Assembly (NCBI GenBank): GCA_965242965.1 | Contig: OZ251518.1 | Location: forward strand, 3,936,001 to 4,000,000 | DNA from: Candidatus Poribacteria bacterium | GTDB lineage: Bacteria > Poribacteria > WGA-4E > WGA-3G | Reading direction: 5' to 3' | Length of the DNA stretch: 64,000 nucleotides | Shown: piece by piece, positions 49,560 to 59,506 of the stretch | Numbering within the stretch: the stretch's first letter is position 1 | Layout: each line of letters begins with the position of its first letter | Made by a program: the position numbers and the translations under genes | Notes under the pieces: model-generated | Seen by the model: only the letters and a program-made list of their open reading frames with translations | Told to the model about the DNA's origin: nothing | Databases searched by the model: none

Positions 49560-50747
49560 ATGAAAATCACAAACGTGAAAACGATTTTGACGGCACCCAA
49601 TGGCATCCGACTCGTCGTTGTCAAAGTCGAAACGAGTGAGCCGGGGTTATATGGCATCGGCTGCGCGACGTTTACGCAACGTCCGCTCGCTGTCGCAACC
49701 GCCGTCGATGAATACCTCAAACCGTTCCTAATCGGGAAAGACCCGGGTAACATTGAGGACATCTTCCAGACCAGTTTTGTCAGTTCCTATTGGCGCAATG
49801 GACCTGTGTTAAACAACGCGCTCAGCGGGGTGGACATCGCCTTGTGGGACATCATGGGGAAGCGCGCGGGGATGCCTGTCTATCAATTGCTCGGTGGGAA
49901 GTGCCGAGAGGCAGTCACGCTTTACGCGCACGCCGGGGGCAGCGACTTCCAAGAAGTTGAGGAGAACATCCGGCGTTATATGGAGCAGGGGTATCGCTAT
50001 GTCCGCGCGCAGGTGGCAATCCCCGGCCATTCCACTTACGGTGCGGCGAGTGGTGGCGCGCCTGCTTTTGAACCGACACCGTATGTCAACACCGTCGTCA
50101 AATTGTTCGCGCATTTGCGGGAGCAGTTAGGTGACGAAGTGGAGCTCCTCCACGATGTGCATGAACGGATTCCGCCGATTCAGGCGATTAATCTCGCCAA
50201 ATTGTTGGAACCGTATCACCTCTTTTTTCTCGAAGATCCGTTTGCACCGGAGGATGTCGACTATTTCCAGTTGATGCGTCAGCAGACAAGCACGCCGATT
50301 GCGATGGGCGAATTGTTCAACAATCCGAACGAGTATGTCCATCTCATCAAGGACCGGCTCATCGATTTTATCCGCGTGCATATTTCGCAGATAGGCGGCA
50401 TCAGTCCGGCGCGGAAGTTGGCGGCGTTCTGTGAATTCTTCGGTGTGCGCACGGCGTGGCATGGGCCCGGTGATGTGTCGCCTGTCGGACATGCGGCGAA
50501 CGTCGCCTTAGATTTGGTGTCCTATAATTTTGGCATTCAGGAGCAACATGTCTTCGGGGAAAATACAAAGGCGGTCTTTCCCGGTTGCCCTGAGATTCGC
50601 GATGGCTGCTATTGGGCGAGGGAAGCACCTGGGCTCGGCATGGATATTGACGAGGAGCTCGCTGCAAAATTCCCGTTTCCGGAACATCCGCTCAACGGTG
50701 GTTGGGCTCCTGTGCGTCGGAGAGATGGGACGGTTATCCGTCCGTAG
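49560..50747 (+). CDS. Mandelate racemase-like sugar-acid dehydratase (D-mannonate dehydratase / RspA family)
   Basis: YWRNGPV, LLGGKCR, LLHDVHER, FFLEDP, MGELF, WHGPGD, PGLGMDIDE. Confidence 0.9.
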   Translation: MKITNVKTILTAPNGIRLVVVKVETSEPGLYGIGCATFTQRPLAVATAVDEYLKPFLIGKDPGNIEDIFQTSFVSSYWRNGPVLNNALSGVDIALWDIMGKRAGMPVYQLLGGKCREAVTLYAHAGGSDFQEVEENIRRYMEQGYRYVRAQVAIPGHSTYGAASGGAPAFEPTPYVNTVVKLFAHLREQLGDEVELLHDVHERIPPIQAINLAKLLEPYHLFFLEDPFAPEDVDYFQLMRQQTSTPIAMGELFNNPNEYVHLIKDRLIDFIRVHISQIGGISPARKLAAFCEFFGVRTAWHGPGDVSPVGHAANVALDLVSYNFGIQEQHVFGENTKAVFPGCPEIRDGCYWAREAPGLGMDIDEELAAKFPFPEHPLNGGWAPVRRRDGTVIRP

Positions 50748-50765
50748 TGAGGGAAAAAACGGTTC

Positions 50766-51310
50766 TTAGGTCCGTAGGACCTTAATGTCTATAGAACGCG
50801 CGCCCGCGAAGAACCCTAAGGTCCTTTAGGTCCTTAATAGTTTGTGCCATGTCCGCGCGTGTTTTTTATTAAGGACCTAAAGGCCCTTGGAAACGGGACG
50901 ACACGTTTTTCTATAGACATGTAGGTCCTAAAGGCCCTAAAACGATGCATCCGAAAAAACGCCACCCCCTCACCGTAGAGCGAGGGCCTGTCCCTCGCCA
51001 TGCACCGGTCTGCGCAGCAACCATCCGGAGTCTCTGGGCTGTGGGCGTTTTCCGCAGCGGTCGAGAGATCGCGGGGGACAGGCCCCCGCGCTACGGTGAA
51101 AAAAACGCCGTCCCTTCCCGTAGGGCGAGGGCCTGTCCCTCGCCATCGTTCGGCTGTCAGAACGCATCCCCCCTGTAGTTCAGGAGCACCAGTTCCTGAC
51201 CCGTTCGGGAGCGGGCGCTCCCGAACTACAGAGGTGGGCACAATGCCTGCTGGTATTCGCCTGTCCTCCAAGGCGGGATAAATACCGAAACGGAGTTATG
51301 AAACACCCTC
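50766..51310. repeat. REP cluster ending in a perfect TATGAAACACCCTC motif
   Basis: Family F element 50766-50940; REP singlets and doublet; motif at 51297-51310. Confidence 0.85.
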
Positions 51311-51313
51311 AGG

Positions 51314-51964
51314 TTACTTGAAGAAGGTGATAAGCGAGAGCACCAGAGCGGCGACAGCGGCGCAGGCGGTGGCGACAATCCCACCGGTTTTCCAACGGTC
51401 GGTGGTGTCAAGCTTCCGATCGCGCATGTTGGCGATAAAGGTATTGAGTCGTTCCTCCAATGCCTCTACCATGCCTGTCAGTTTGGCATCTCGTGCCTGC
51501 AGCTCGCCCTTAAGTTCCGCGTGGCTGACCTTCATGTCTGAGGTGTCTTTCAAGACTGCCTGGATGCTAGTCTGGTTTCGCTTCACCTCGCCGCGGGTTT
51601 CGTTCAACGCATCGCAGGTGGTTTCCAGGTCTTTTTGAACAACCTTCACCTCGTATTGCGTCTCCGTGACGATGCCGCGGGTTTCGTGGAGTTCCTCGCG
51701 GGTTTCCGTTACCTCGCCGCGAGTTTCCTTTACCTCCGCTTGGGTTTCCTTCACTTCCTCGCGGGTTTCCTTCACTTCGCCGCGGGTTTCCTTTACTTCC
51801 GCCTGAGTTTCCGTTACTGCCTCGCGCGTTTCCTTCACCTCAGACTCTAGGTTTGCTGTCCGTGCAGCCTGCGCAGCATCCTGAGCCTGTAGTTGCGCCG
51901 TAATCTCTTGTTGCTGCGCCGCTATCTCCTCAAGTTTTTGGAGAATAAGGTCTTCTTTATTCAT
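51314..51964 (-). CDS. Tail-anchored coiled-coil protein with EVKETR(G/E) heptad repeats
   Basis: About 13 heptads (21-bp DNA repeats); C-terminal hydrophobic helix; RBS gagg. Confidence 0.8.
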   Translation of the reverse strand: MNKEDLILQKLEEIAAQQQEITAQLQAQDAAQAARTANLESEVKETREAVTETQAEVKETRGEVKETREEVKETQAEVKETRGEVTETREELHETRGIVTETQYEVKVVQKDLETTCDALNETRGEVKRNQTSIQAVLKDTSDMKVSHAELKGELQARDAKLTGMVEALEERLNTFIANMRDRKLDTTDRWKTGGIVATACAAVAALVLSLITFFK

Positions 51965-52053
51965 CAGTTTATACCTCTTGTGTTAGTTAGTCACAGGACC
52001 ATAAAGGTCTGTTAAATCAACGCGGCAGTCAAACTACCGCTAGGGATAACGAA

Positions 52054-52083
52054 ATTATACACGCAATCCCTGATTAATGTCAA
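52054..52083 (-). promoter_or_regulatory. sigma70-type promoter for the coiled-coil gene
   Basis: TTGACA-18 nt-TATAAT on the minus strand. Confidence 0.65.
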
Positions 52084-52150
52084 GTTTTTTTGTGTTTCTC
52101 AGACATGCAGGTATTGCATCGAGACCGGGAAGTCTCTCCTACCGCTAATA

Positions 52151-53071
52151 CTAAAAACCTAACCGTTTTACCTCAGTTTGGAGAGATACCCCAGTCTTCG
52201 ACTTTACCTGTCGTTGGATATGCGCGACGAGACTGAGCACATCCGCCGCTGACGCGCTGTCAATATTGAGGATGAAATTCCCGTGAACCGTTGATACCTC
52301 CGCACCGCCGATGCGGTGGCCTTTCAAACCGCACGCGTCAATCAGCCTTCCTGCCGAATCGCCAGATGGGTTTTTGAACATGCACCCTGCATTCTCTTCG
52401 GCGAAGGGTTGCGTCGCGACTTTCTGTTTGTAAAAGGTTTGCATCCGTTCGGTTATCGTCTCAGCATCGCCGGGTTCGAGGGAGAGCGTCGCGCCTGTCA
52501 CACAGAAATAGTCGCCGAGAATGCTGTGTCGGTATTCAAAGCGGGCTTCGGCGTGAGAGAGTTCGGCGAGCGCGCCGGTATCGTGCATGACGGTGACGTT
52601 GGTGACGACATCACCGAAACTGCTGCCCCATGCACCTGCGTTCATAATGAGCGCGCCGCCGACAGAACCGGGGATGCCAAGCGCGAATTCAACGCCGCTC
52701 AACCCGCGCCGGGACATCGATTTTGAGAGCCGCGGCAGCGATACACCCGCTCCGACTGTGACAATGTTTCCATCAATCGTCAATTGCGCGAGCTCCCCGA
52801 TGAGTCGGATGGCGATGCCGCTGAAGCCCGCGTCACTCACGAGCAGATTTGAACCGCGCCCGATGATTGCAACAGGGATGTCCCACTGCTGGTGAAAGCG
52901 TGCGATGGATGCCAATTCTGTGAGTGTGCTGACTTCAAAGTAAGCCGCCGCTTCACCGCCGATGCCGAAGTGCGTGTGCTTGGATAACGGTTCGCCAAAT
53001 CGGAGTCGTGAGTTTGGGCTTTGGACGATGTTTGCGAGTGCTTCTTGCCAATTTTGGGTGATGTTTTCCAT
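52151..53071 (-). CDS. murB: UDP-N-acetylenolpyruvoylglucosamine reductase
   Basis: HTHFGIGG, GRGSNLL, GIPGSVGGALIMNAGAWG, YRHS, AGCMFKNP, HGNFI. Confidence 0.96.
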   Translation of the reverse strand: MENITQNWQEALANIVQSPNSRLRFGEPLSKHTHFGIGGEAAAYFEVSTLTELASIARFHQQWDIPVAIIGRGSNLLVSDAGFSGIAIRLIGELAQLTIDGNIVTVGAGVSLPRLSKSMSRRGLSGVEFALGIPGSVGGALIMNAGAWGSSFGDVVTNVTVMHDTGALAELSHAEARFEYRHSILGDYFCVTGATLSLEPGDAETITERMQTFYKQKVATQPFAEENAGCMFKNPSGDSAGRLIDACGLKGHRIGGAEVSTVHGNFILNIDSASAADVLSLVAHIQRQVKSKTGVSLQTEVKRLGF

Positions 53072-53108
53072 GGGAATGTCTATTGTCTCCTTTTTTTTGT
53101 TGTTTATT

Positions 53109-53922
53109 GAGGGTGTTTCATAAATCAATCAACGCCGCGGTGCAAAGAACGGTTGGTGTTACCGTAGGGCGAGGGCCTGTCCCTCGCCATCGTTTTGCTA
53201 TCAGAGTGCCTCACCCCTGTAGGTCAAGATCGCCTGATCTTGACCCGTTCGGGAGCAGGCGCTCCCGAACTACAGTGGTGGGCCCGATGCCTCCCCGGTA
53301 GGAGAGACCTCCCGGTCTCGATTTTCAACATATCGGGACAAGGATGTCCCTCCTACCCGAACCGATGCCTCCCCGGTAGGAGAGACCTCCTGGTCTCAAT
53401 GCTCCCTAGTCTCATACCCCCGCGCTACGGTGAAAAAAACGTTTTTCGTTTTCTTCAGGTCCTTTAGGTCCTGAATGTCTATAGCATGCGGCGATCTGAA
53501 GAGCTCTAAGGTCCTTTAGGTCCTTAATGTGTTTTGCGGTGCGGCGTGTTTTTTTTATTAAGGACCTAAAGGACCTTGATAGAGGTCTCCACGTTTTTCT
53601 ATAGACATGTAGGTCCTAAAGGACCTAAGAGCGGCTTCTTGACACCGACGATCGCGGGGGACAGGCCCCCGCGCTACGTTGAAAATGACGGTTTTCGTTC
53701 CCGTAGGGCTTGGGCCCTCGGATGCCACACGCGCATCCGAGCGGGTGTCCCTCGCCATCGTTCAGCTATCAGAACGCGTCCCCTCTGTAGTTCAGGAGCG
53801 CCTGCTCCTGACCCGTTCGGGAGCGGGTGCTCCCGAACTACAGTGGTGGGCCCGATGCCTTCTGCATCGAGACCAGGATGTCCCTCCTACCGGGATGCCA
53901 TCGAAATATAAAACCCCCCTTC
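53109..53922. mobile_element. MITE-like REP cluster with perfect left TIR and degenerate right TIR
   Basis: GAGGGTGTTTCATA at 53109; TATAAAACCCCCCTTC at 53907-53922; flanks TGTTTATT / AGTTCATT match 6/8. Confidence 0.55.
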
Positions 53923-54149
53923 AGTTCATTATAGCATAGCCTTTATGTCCAAGTCAAACGAAAAATATCCTGATGCCAGAACCATTGACAAGCGACAGCA
54001 TTCAAAAAAACGAACCTTTTCATAATAGCATTGTCTAAAAAAACGAAACCTAAATAGCTCTGGCACTTGATGCCAAGCAACAGAACGCTAGCACGGGAAA
54101 CAGGAATGACGCTCCCCGCAGCGTTCATAACAATTAAGGAGAAAAGAAA

Positions 54150-54644
54150 ATGAAGCAGAAATGGTTGGCACTCAGCGCGATTGCTGTCATCGCAGTCGTC
54201 GGTATGTTTGTCTTTGACTTCGCTACTTCGGCACAGCGGCCGGAACGCGGCGAACGCGGCGGACGCGGTGAACGCGGCGGACGCAGCATGATGAATCCCA
54301 CCTCCCTCGTTGATAACTCTTGGACAGACTTGACGTTCATCCTGAAGGTGGACGACGAAACGCTCGTGAAGGCGCGGCCCATCTATCAGGACACCCGCGA
54401 TAAATTTGAAGCGGAGTTCAAGAAGTTACAGGCATCCGGTGACCCGCGGGAGATGCAGCGAGGCATGATGGCCATCGCTGGAAAAGTCGGTGCCGAATTC
54501 CAGGCGGCTCTCAAAGAGGTTTTGTCAGAGGAACAACTGATGAAGCTTAACGCTTTGACGAAGAAACGCCAGACCGAGTTGGCGCAACGTATGAATCGCT
54601 GGGGTGGCGGTAATCGTCGAGGCGGTGGTGGCGGTAGCCGTTAA
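54150..54644 (+). CDS. Secreted helical protein (Spy/CpxP-like) with RGG-rich ends
   Basis: RBS aaggag; signal peptide; ERGERGGRG repeats; LKEVLSEEQ motif. Confidence 0.7.
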   Translation: MKQKWLALSAIAVIAVVGMFVFDFATSAQRPERGERGGRGERGGRSMMNPTSLVDNSWTDLTFILKVDDETLVKARPIYQDTRDKFEAEFKKLQASGDPREMQRGMMAIAGKVGAEFQAALKEVLSEEQLMKLNALTKKRQTELAQRMNRWGGGNRRGGGGGSR

Positions 54645-54679
54645 TTTCGTTGCTAGGGCGGGTATTGTTTAACCGGGCG

Positions 54680-55327
54680 ATCGCGAGGGACAGGCCCTCG
54701 CGCTACGGTTGTCCAGGCCGCCTCCCTTTATCGTAGGGCGAGGGCCTGTCCCTCGCCATCGTTCTACGATAAAAAACGCCGTCCCTTCACGTAGGGCGAG
54801 GGCCTGTCCCTCGCCATCGTTCGGTTGTCAGAGCGCGTCCCCTCTGTAGTTCAGGAGCGCCTGCTCCTGATCCGTTCGGGAGCGGGCGCTCCCGAACTAC
54901 GATAAAAACGCCCTCCCTTCAACGCTCGCGGGGGACAGGCCCCCGCGCTACGATGAACAAAAACGCCGTCCCTTCACCGTAGGGCTTGGGCCCTCGGATG
55001 CCACACGCGCATGCGAGCGGGTTTCCCTCGCCATCGTTCGGTTGTCAAAGCGCGTCCCCTCTGTAGTTCAGGAGCGCCTGCTCCTGATCCGTTCGGGAGC
55101 GGGCGCTCCCGAACTACGATAAAAAACGCCGTCCCTTCAACGCTCGCGGGGGACAGGCCCCCGCGCTACGGTGGAGGGAGAGGGTTCGGTTCAACAACGC
55201 TCGCGGGGGACAGGCCCCCGCGCTACGGTTGTCCAGGCCGCCTCCCTTTACCGTAGGGCGAGGGCCTGTCCCTCGCCGTGCTGCGGTCTACCGAACGATC
55301 GCGGGGGACAGGCCCCCGCGCTACGGT
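54680..55327. repeat. REP cluster
   Basis: Many A/B/D-family units; internal duplication of the doublet at 54844 and 55061. Confidence 0.88.
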
Positions 55328-55339
55328 GAAGGGAAAGAC

Positions 55340-58300
55340 TCACGGTAAATAGATACCCGCGCGAGCCAACTCAACCCGCATATCCGACAATGCACGCGAC
55401 TCCATAACGTCATCATAGGCGTAAGGGATACCAGAGCGCGCCGCCTTCCGCCGATCTTCCGCATAACAACAACGCGCCTTCTTCGTGCCCGAAATGCTCG
55501 GCTCAATAGACAGCAATTCACGCAAAGACTGCATCGCCCGATGAATCGCCGCATCCGTAATACCAAGCACCTCCGACAGCAACCGCGCATCAAGGATATG
55601 CCGCCAAGCATCATCCGCGCACTCGTTGTAAGGCTTCAGCCGATAGCCCTTCAAATCGGATAGCACCCGCTCCGCCGCTCCCAACTGCGTATCGGATAAC
55701 TGACGGACATCCAGCGTCGGAACATTCGGTAACGTTGTTGGAGTTAATGCACCACGTCCTGGCTGTTGCTTGCCCGCTGTCGTCCAGTGACATAGCATAC
55801 CGAACGTTGAATTTGTCCACAGCGTCCACGCCGCTTCGTAACGAACGTCTTCCAACTTCACATTGGTAACAAAACTAACCCCTAACGCTGGAACCTCGGT
55901 CCAATGCGCCAACACCGAATTGGCGTTGAATCCCAGATACATGTGATAATGCGTTCGGCTGTTGTGCTGACGCAAAATCCCGTGCGCCTTTTCGACGTTC
56001 TGCGGCTTAACCTGTGCCTTCTGATCTGGCACGACTTGCATCGAACGTTGCGGCGTTATATATTTAAGCTGCCACAGGGCATCGTATCCTTCTTGCACGT
56101 TGGATTCGCGCCGGTGCATCTCAAAGGCACCACGTTTGCCCTTCTGCTTAATATCATTATGACATGCGCCGACTTTTCCAATCTCACCCAACGGACAGAT
56201 TGGGATGTCAATCGCGTCTATCAGTTCGGGTAACCGCAATTTCCCTTGACGCAGTTGGTAGGCGATTTGCATTAACGACATGGACTTCACACGGGATGCG
56301 CCCCATTCGCCTGCACCGATGGGACATTCTAACACCTGCGCCATGCCGACATCGCCAACCTTAATAGCATCACCGCCGAGTGCTTCGTCTTCCAACTGCC
56401 GTGCGATAGGCTGACGATGGAGGATTTCGGCTAATGCTTGTGCGGCGAGGGTGCTATCGGGACGTTGGGATAGACAGACGAATGTCGCTCTCCCCGTGTT
56501 TTTCGCCACGCCCTTGTCGGCGATTACCATGCATTCCGCCATGCTCGTTTCGGCTGAAAACGCGCTGTCGTATCCGCTCTTTTGGGCGATTGTGACTACC
56601 ATGACGTTGTGGTATTCTGTCGCCCACATCTCACGCACCTTCTTAAACGAATCAACCGTTAAAGCCGTCGCCGGCAGAATGATGCCCATGCGCCCACCGT
56701 CACGTAATTTCAAATCTGCGAGTTCGACGAAATATGAATACGCAACCTTGCCATGAGAGACTCGGCTCTCCTTTGAGGCGAGTTCTTTCAACATCGCTTT
56801 CTGTTCAGCATCGCTGCGTCCTTCCGACGCAAATACGCGCTTCGGATCTCTGGTATTAGGATCGGCACTAGAGGTTAAAAACGGCGGATTTTGGATGACG
56901 ATGTCCATCTCACCCTCGCCAAACTCACGTTTCAACTCCGCTGTTGCATCGCTGTCGCCTGCCAACTGTTCTCCCTCAGACTCCATCGTCGGGAACAGCA
57001 GTTGGTTATCCAGTAATTCCAACGAACCGGTTTTGTAAACGCCTTCCTCTGTCTCACCGTGAGGGGCGGTGATAACCCGCGTTGCGCCCAGCGTTACTTC
57101 CGGGTGCGCGCTCGCCATTGCGGCGAAGGTGAGGTGAGTGCAGTGGGAGTAGATGTCCGCGCCTGCCAGATTGTTTTCGAGCATTTCGCGATGGATGACG
57201 ATGCTGTTCTCGCCGGTTCGTTCTTCATATAGCCGTTGGATGCGCTTATACACGCCGTTGAGCAACGCGCCTGTCCCGCATGCGAAATCTGCCACTTTCG
57301 GTAACCGTCCATCGTCTGGGAGGTTTGGACAGACCAGCGCCGATAGCAGGGTTGCGCTCGTTGGCAGCGTGTAATTCGCCTTCACGTATTTCCTGTCTAT
57401 CAGCAGGCTTTGGAACACTTCACCGGCGAGTTCGTGGATCTGGGGGAGGTGCGATTCGACGAGTGTGCATGCGGCATCGCAAAGTTGCGCTAGCACGTTG
57501 TTCGCCATCGCTTCGTCGTATATGAACGCCTCGCACAGCATCCGGCGCGCGTCCTTGAAAATCGGTTGGTAGTTCACCTTGAGGATCGCCGCCCAATCTT
57601 GAACTACCTCTGTCAACTTGATGCCGTTTATCTTGTAGTAAGCCGGCGGCCGCACCGATTCCATGCGCGGTTTGCCGGCGACGGCATGCTGGAAGACAAA
57701 GGCATTCGTGATAATAAGGCATGCCATCCGGGCGGTCTGCTCGCAGTAATCCTGCTCCAAGATGTTATCTAATTTGTCGCCGATGATGGCATTGGTTTCC
57801 GTTGCATCGTGCAGCCATTTCGCCGCGACCTGGATTTCTTCCTCCATTTTCTCGGATGCTTCGGCGATGTGTTGGCTTGGCACCGCGCCGACTTTCAGTG
57901 CGTTTGCGACATCGGCGAGGGTGCCGCGGGCATAGCCGACGCTGGGGAATTCGTAGTATTCGCCGCTGCTTTCGCCGATGAGCATGGACTCGATGTCATC
58001 TGCTGCGCGTAGTGCCGCCGTTATCTCCGCGCCCGGTTTTTCCTGAAGGCGTGTAGGGTATCGGACTACCATCGCCGATTTCAGTTTCAGGCTCGCGCCG
58101 ACGAATTCGGGGAGGAGGGTGCGTCCCAGGTATCGTTCGCGTACCTGAGTTACGCCGTTGCGCGCTTTGGAATCGCTCCATTTCGCTTCGATGGCGACGG
58201 TTTCGTGTCCGCGTCGCATCGCTATGATGTCGGGTTGACGGAGGCTTCCTTTTAGCGGTTTTTGTTGTTCTTCAAATTTCCATTCTGGGCACATATCCCG

Positions 58301-58351
58301 TAATAGTGGGACGATTTGGCTTGTTACTGGGTTTTCGGTCTGTTTTGCCAT
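55340..58351 (-). CDS. Fused restriction endonuclease / N6-adenine methyltransferase (type IIG/IIL-like)
   Basis: N-terminal QPDI...IEAK (PD-(D/E)XK); motif I DFACGTG; motif IV NPPF (gamma order); C-terminal specificity region. Confidence 0.85.
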   Translation of the reverse strand: MAKQTENPVTSQIVPLLRDMCPEWKFEEQQKPLKGSLRQPDIIAMRRGHETVAIEAKWSDSKARNGVTQVRERYLGRTLLPEFVGASLKLKSAMVVRYPTRLQEKPGAEITAALRAADDIESMLIGESSGEYYEFPSVGYARGTLADVANALKVGAVPSQHIAEASEKMEEEIQVAAKWLHDATETNAIIGDKLDNILEQDYCEQTARMACLIITNAFVFQHAVAGKPRMESVRPPAYYKINGIKLTEVVQDWAAILKVNYQPIFKDARRMLCEAFIYDEAMANNVLAQLCDAACTLVESHLPQIHELAGEVFQSLLIDRKYVKANYTLPTSATLLSALVCPNLPDDGRLPKVADFACGTGALLNGVYKRIQRLYEERTGENSIVIHREMLENNLAGADIYSHCTHLTFAAMASAHPEVTLGATRVITAPHGETEEGVYKTGSLELLDNQLLFPTMESEGEQLAGDSDATAELKREFGEGEMDIVIQNPPFLTSSADPNTRDPKRVFASEGRSDAEQKAMLKELASKESRVSHGKVAYSYFVELADLKLRDGGRMGIILPATALTVDSFKKVREMWATEYHNVMVVTIAQKSGYDSAFSAETSMAECMVIADKGVAKNTGRATFVCLSQRPDSTLAAQALAEILHRQPIARQLEDEALGGDAIKVGDVGMAQVLECPIGAGEWGASRVKSMSLMQIAYQLRQGKLRLPELIDAIDIPICPLGEIGKVGACHNDIKQKGKRGAFEMHRRESNVQEGYDALWQLKYITPQRSMQVVPDQKAQVKPQNVEKAHGILRQHNSRTHYHMYLGFNANSVLAHWTEVPALGVSFVTNVKLEDVRYEAAWTLWTNSTFGMLCHWTTAGKQQPGRGALTPTTLPNVPTLDVRQLSDTQLGAAERVLSDLKGYRLKPYNECADDAWRHILDARLLSEVLGITDAAIHRAMQSLRELLSIEPSISGTKKARCCYAEDRRKAARSGIPYAYDDVMESRALSDMRVELARAGIYLP

Positions 58352-58409
58352 GTTGATGTTTCCTTTTTGTTTCCGAGTTTCGTAGTTTTTCTGGCAGAGT
58401 GCACCACCT

Positions 58410-59475
58410 CTGTAGGTCAAGAGCGCCTGCTCTTGACCCGTTCGGGAGCAGGCGCTCCCGAACTACAGAGGTTACGAACCGTCTCCCTTTACCGTAGTGC
58501 GGGGGCCTGTCCCCCGCGATGCTCGCGCGCCAGGCCCGTAGGTCAAGAGCGCCTGCTCTTGACCCGTTCGGGAGCAGGCGCTCCCGAACTACAGAGTTGG
58601 GCCCGATGCCTTTTCGTAGTGCGGGGGCCTGTCCCCCGCAATGTTACGAATGTGAAGATTCTGCTTTGGCCTGCAGGTCGGCGAGGGACAGGCCCTCGCG
58701 CTACGTTTTTCCGGCAGAGTGCCTCACCTCTGTAGGTCAAGAGCGCCTGCTCTTGACCCGTTCGGGAGCAGGCGCTCCCGAACTACAGAGTTGGGCCCGA
58801 TGCCTTATCGTTTGGGCACTCCGACGATCGCGGGGGACAGGCCCCCGCGCTACGATAAAAAACGCTGCCTCTTGACACCGACGATCGCGGGGGACAGGCC
58901 CCCGCGCTACGATAAAAAACGCCTCCGCTTCACGTAGGGCGAGGGCCTGTCCCTCGCCATCGTTTCGTGCACCCGAACATTCGCGGGGGACAGGCCCTCG
59001 CGATGTGAAAAAAAACGCCGCCCCAACCGTAGGGCGCGGGCCTGTCCCGCGCCATCGTTCGTGGCCCCCAACGATCGCGAGGGACAGGCCCTCGCCCTAC
59101 GGTGAAGGGAGCGGGTTTCGATCCAACGAGAACGAGGGATAGGCCCTCGCGCTACGGTGAAAAAAAGCGGCCTCTTGACACCGACGCTCGCGGGGGACAG
59201 GCCCCCGCGCTACGGTGAAGGGAACGGTTTCGATTCAACGATCGCGAGGGACAGGCCCTCGCGCTACGGTGAAGGGAGCGGGTTTCAATTCAACGCTCGC
59301 GGGGGACAGGCCCCCGCGCTACGGTGAAGGGAGCGGGTTTCAATTCAACGCTCGCGGGGGACAGGCCCCCGCGCTACGATGAAAAAAAACGCCTCCCCAG
59401 CCGTAGGGCGCGGGCCTGTCCTGCGCCATCGTTCGGGTACCCCAATATTCGCGGGGGACAGCCCCCGCGCTACGG
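58410..59475. repeat. ~1.07-kb REP cluster with ~55-bp tandem units
   Basis: Three doublets (58410, 58538, 58730); tandem caacgctcgcgggggacaggcccccgcgctacggtgaaggga units at ~59180-59380. Confidence 0.9.
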
Positions 59476-59506
59476 GCCTGGAAAAACGCCATCCCCCAAA
59501 CGTTTT

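Noticed and set aside
50748-51318. Target-site duplications for the other TIR-bearing clusters (50749-51310, 35065-35770, 42150, 44077)
   Set aside because: Only one recognisable end is present and the flanks do not match, so they are not called as complete elements.
54061-54076. sigma54 promoter at TGGCACTTGATGCC
   Set aside because: The -12 TTGC element is not at the required spacing; nearby short A-rich direct repeats are too weak to call.
58410-59475. CRISPR array interpretation of the palindromic repeat clusters (also 13306-13905 and 3883-4030)
   Set aside because: Repeats occur in both orientations with irregular spacing, the intervening sequences are themselves repeated, and no cas genes are present.
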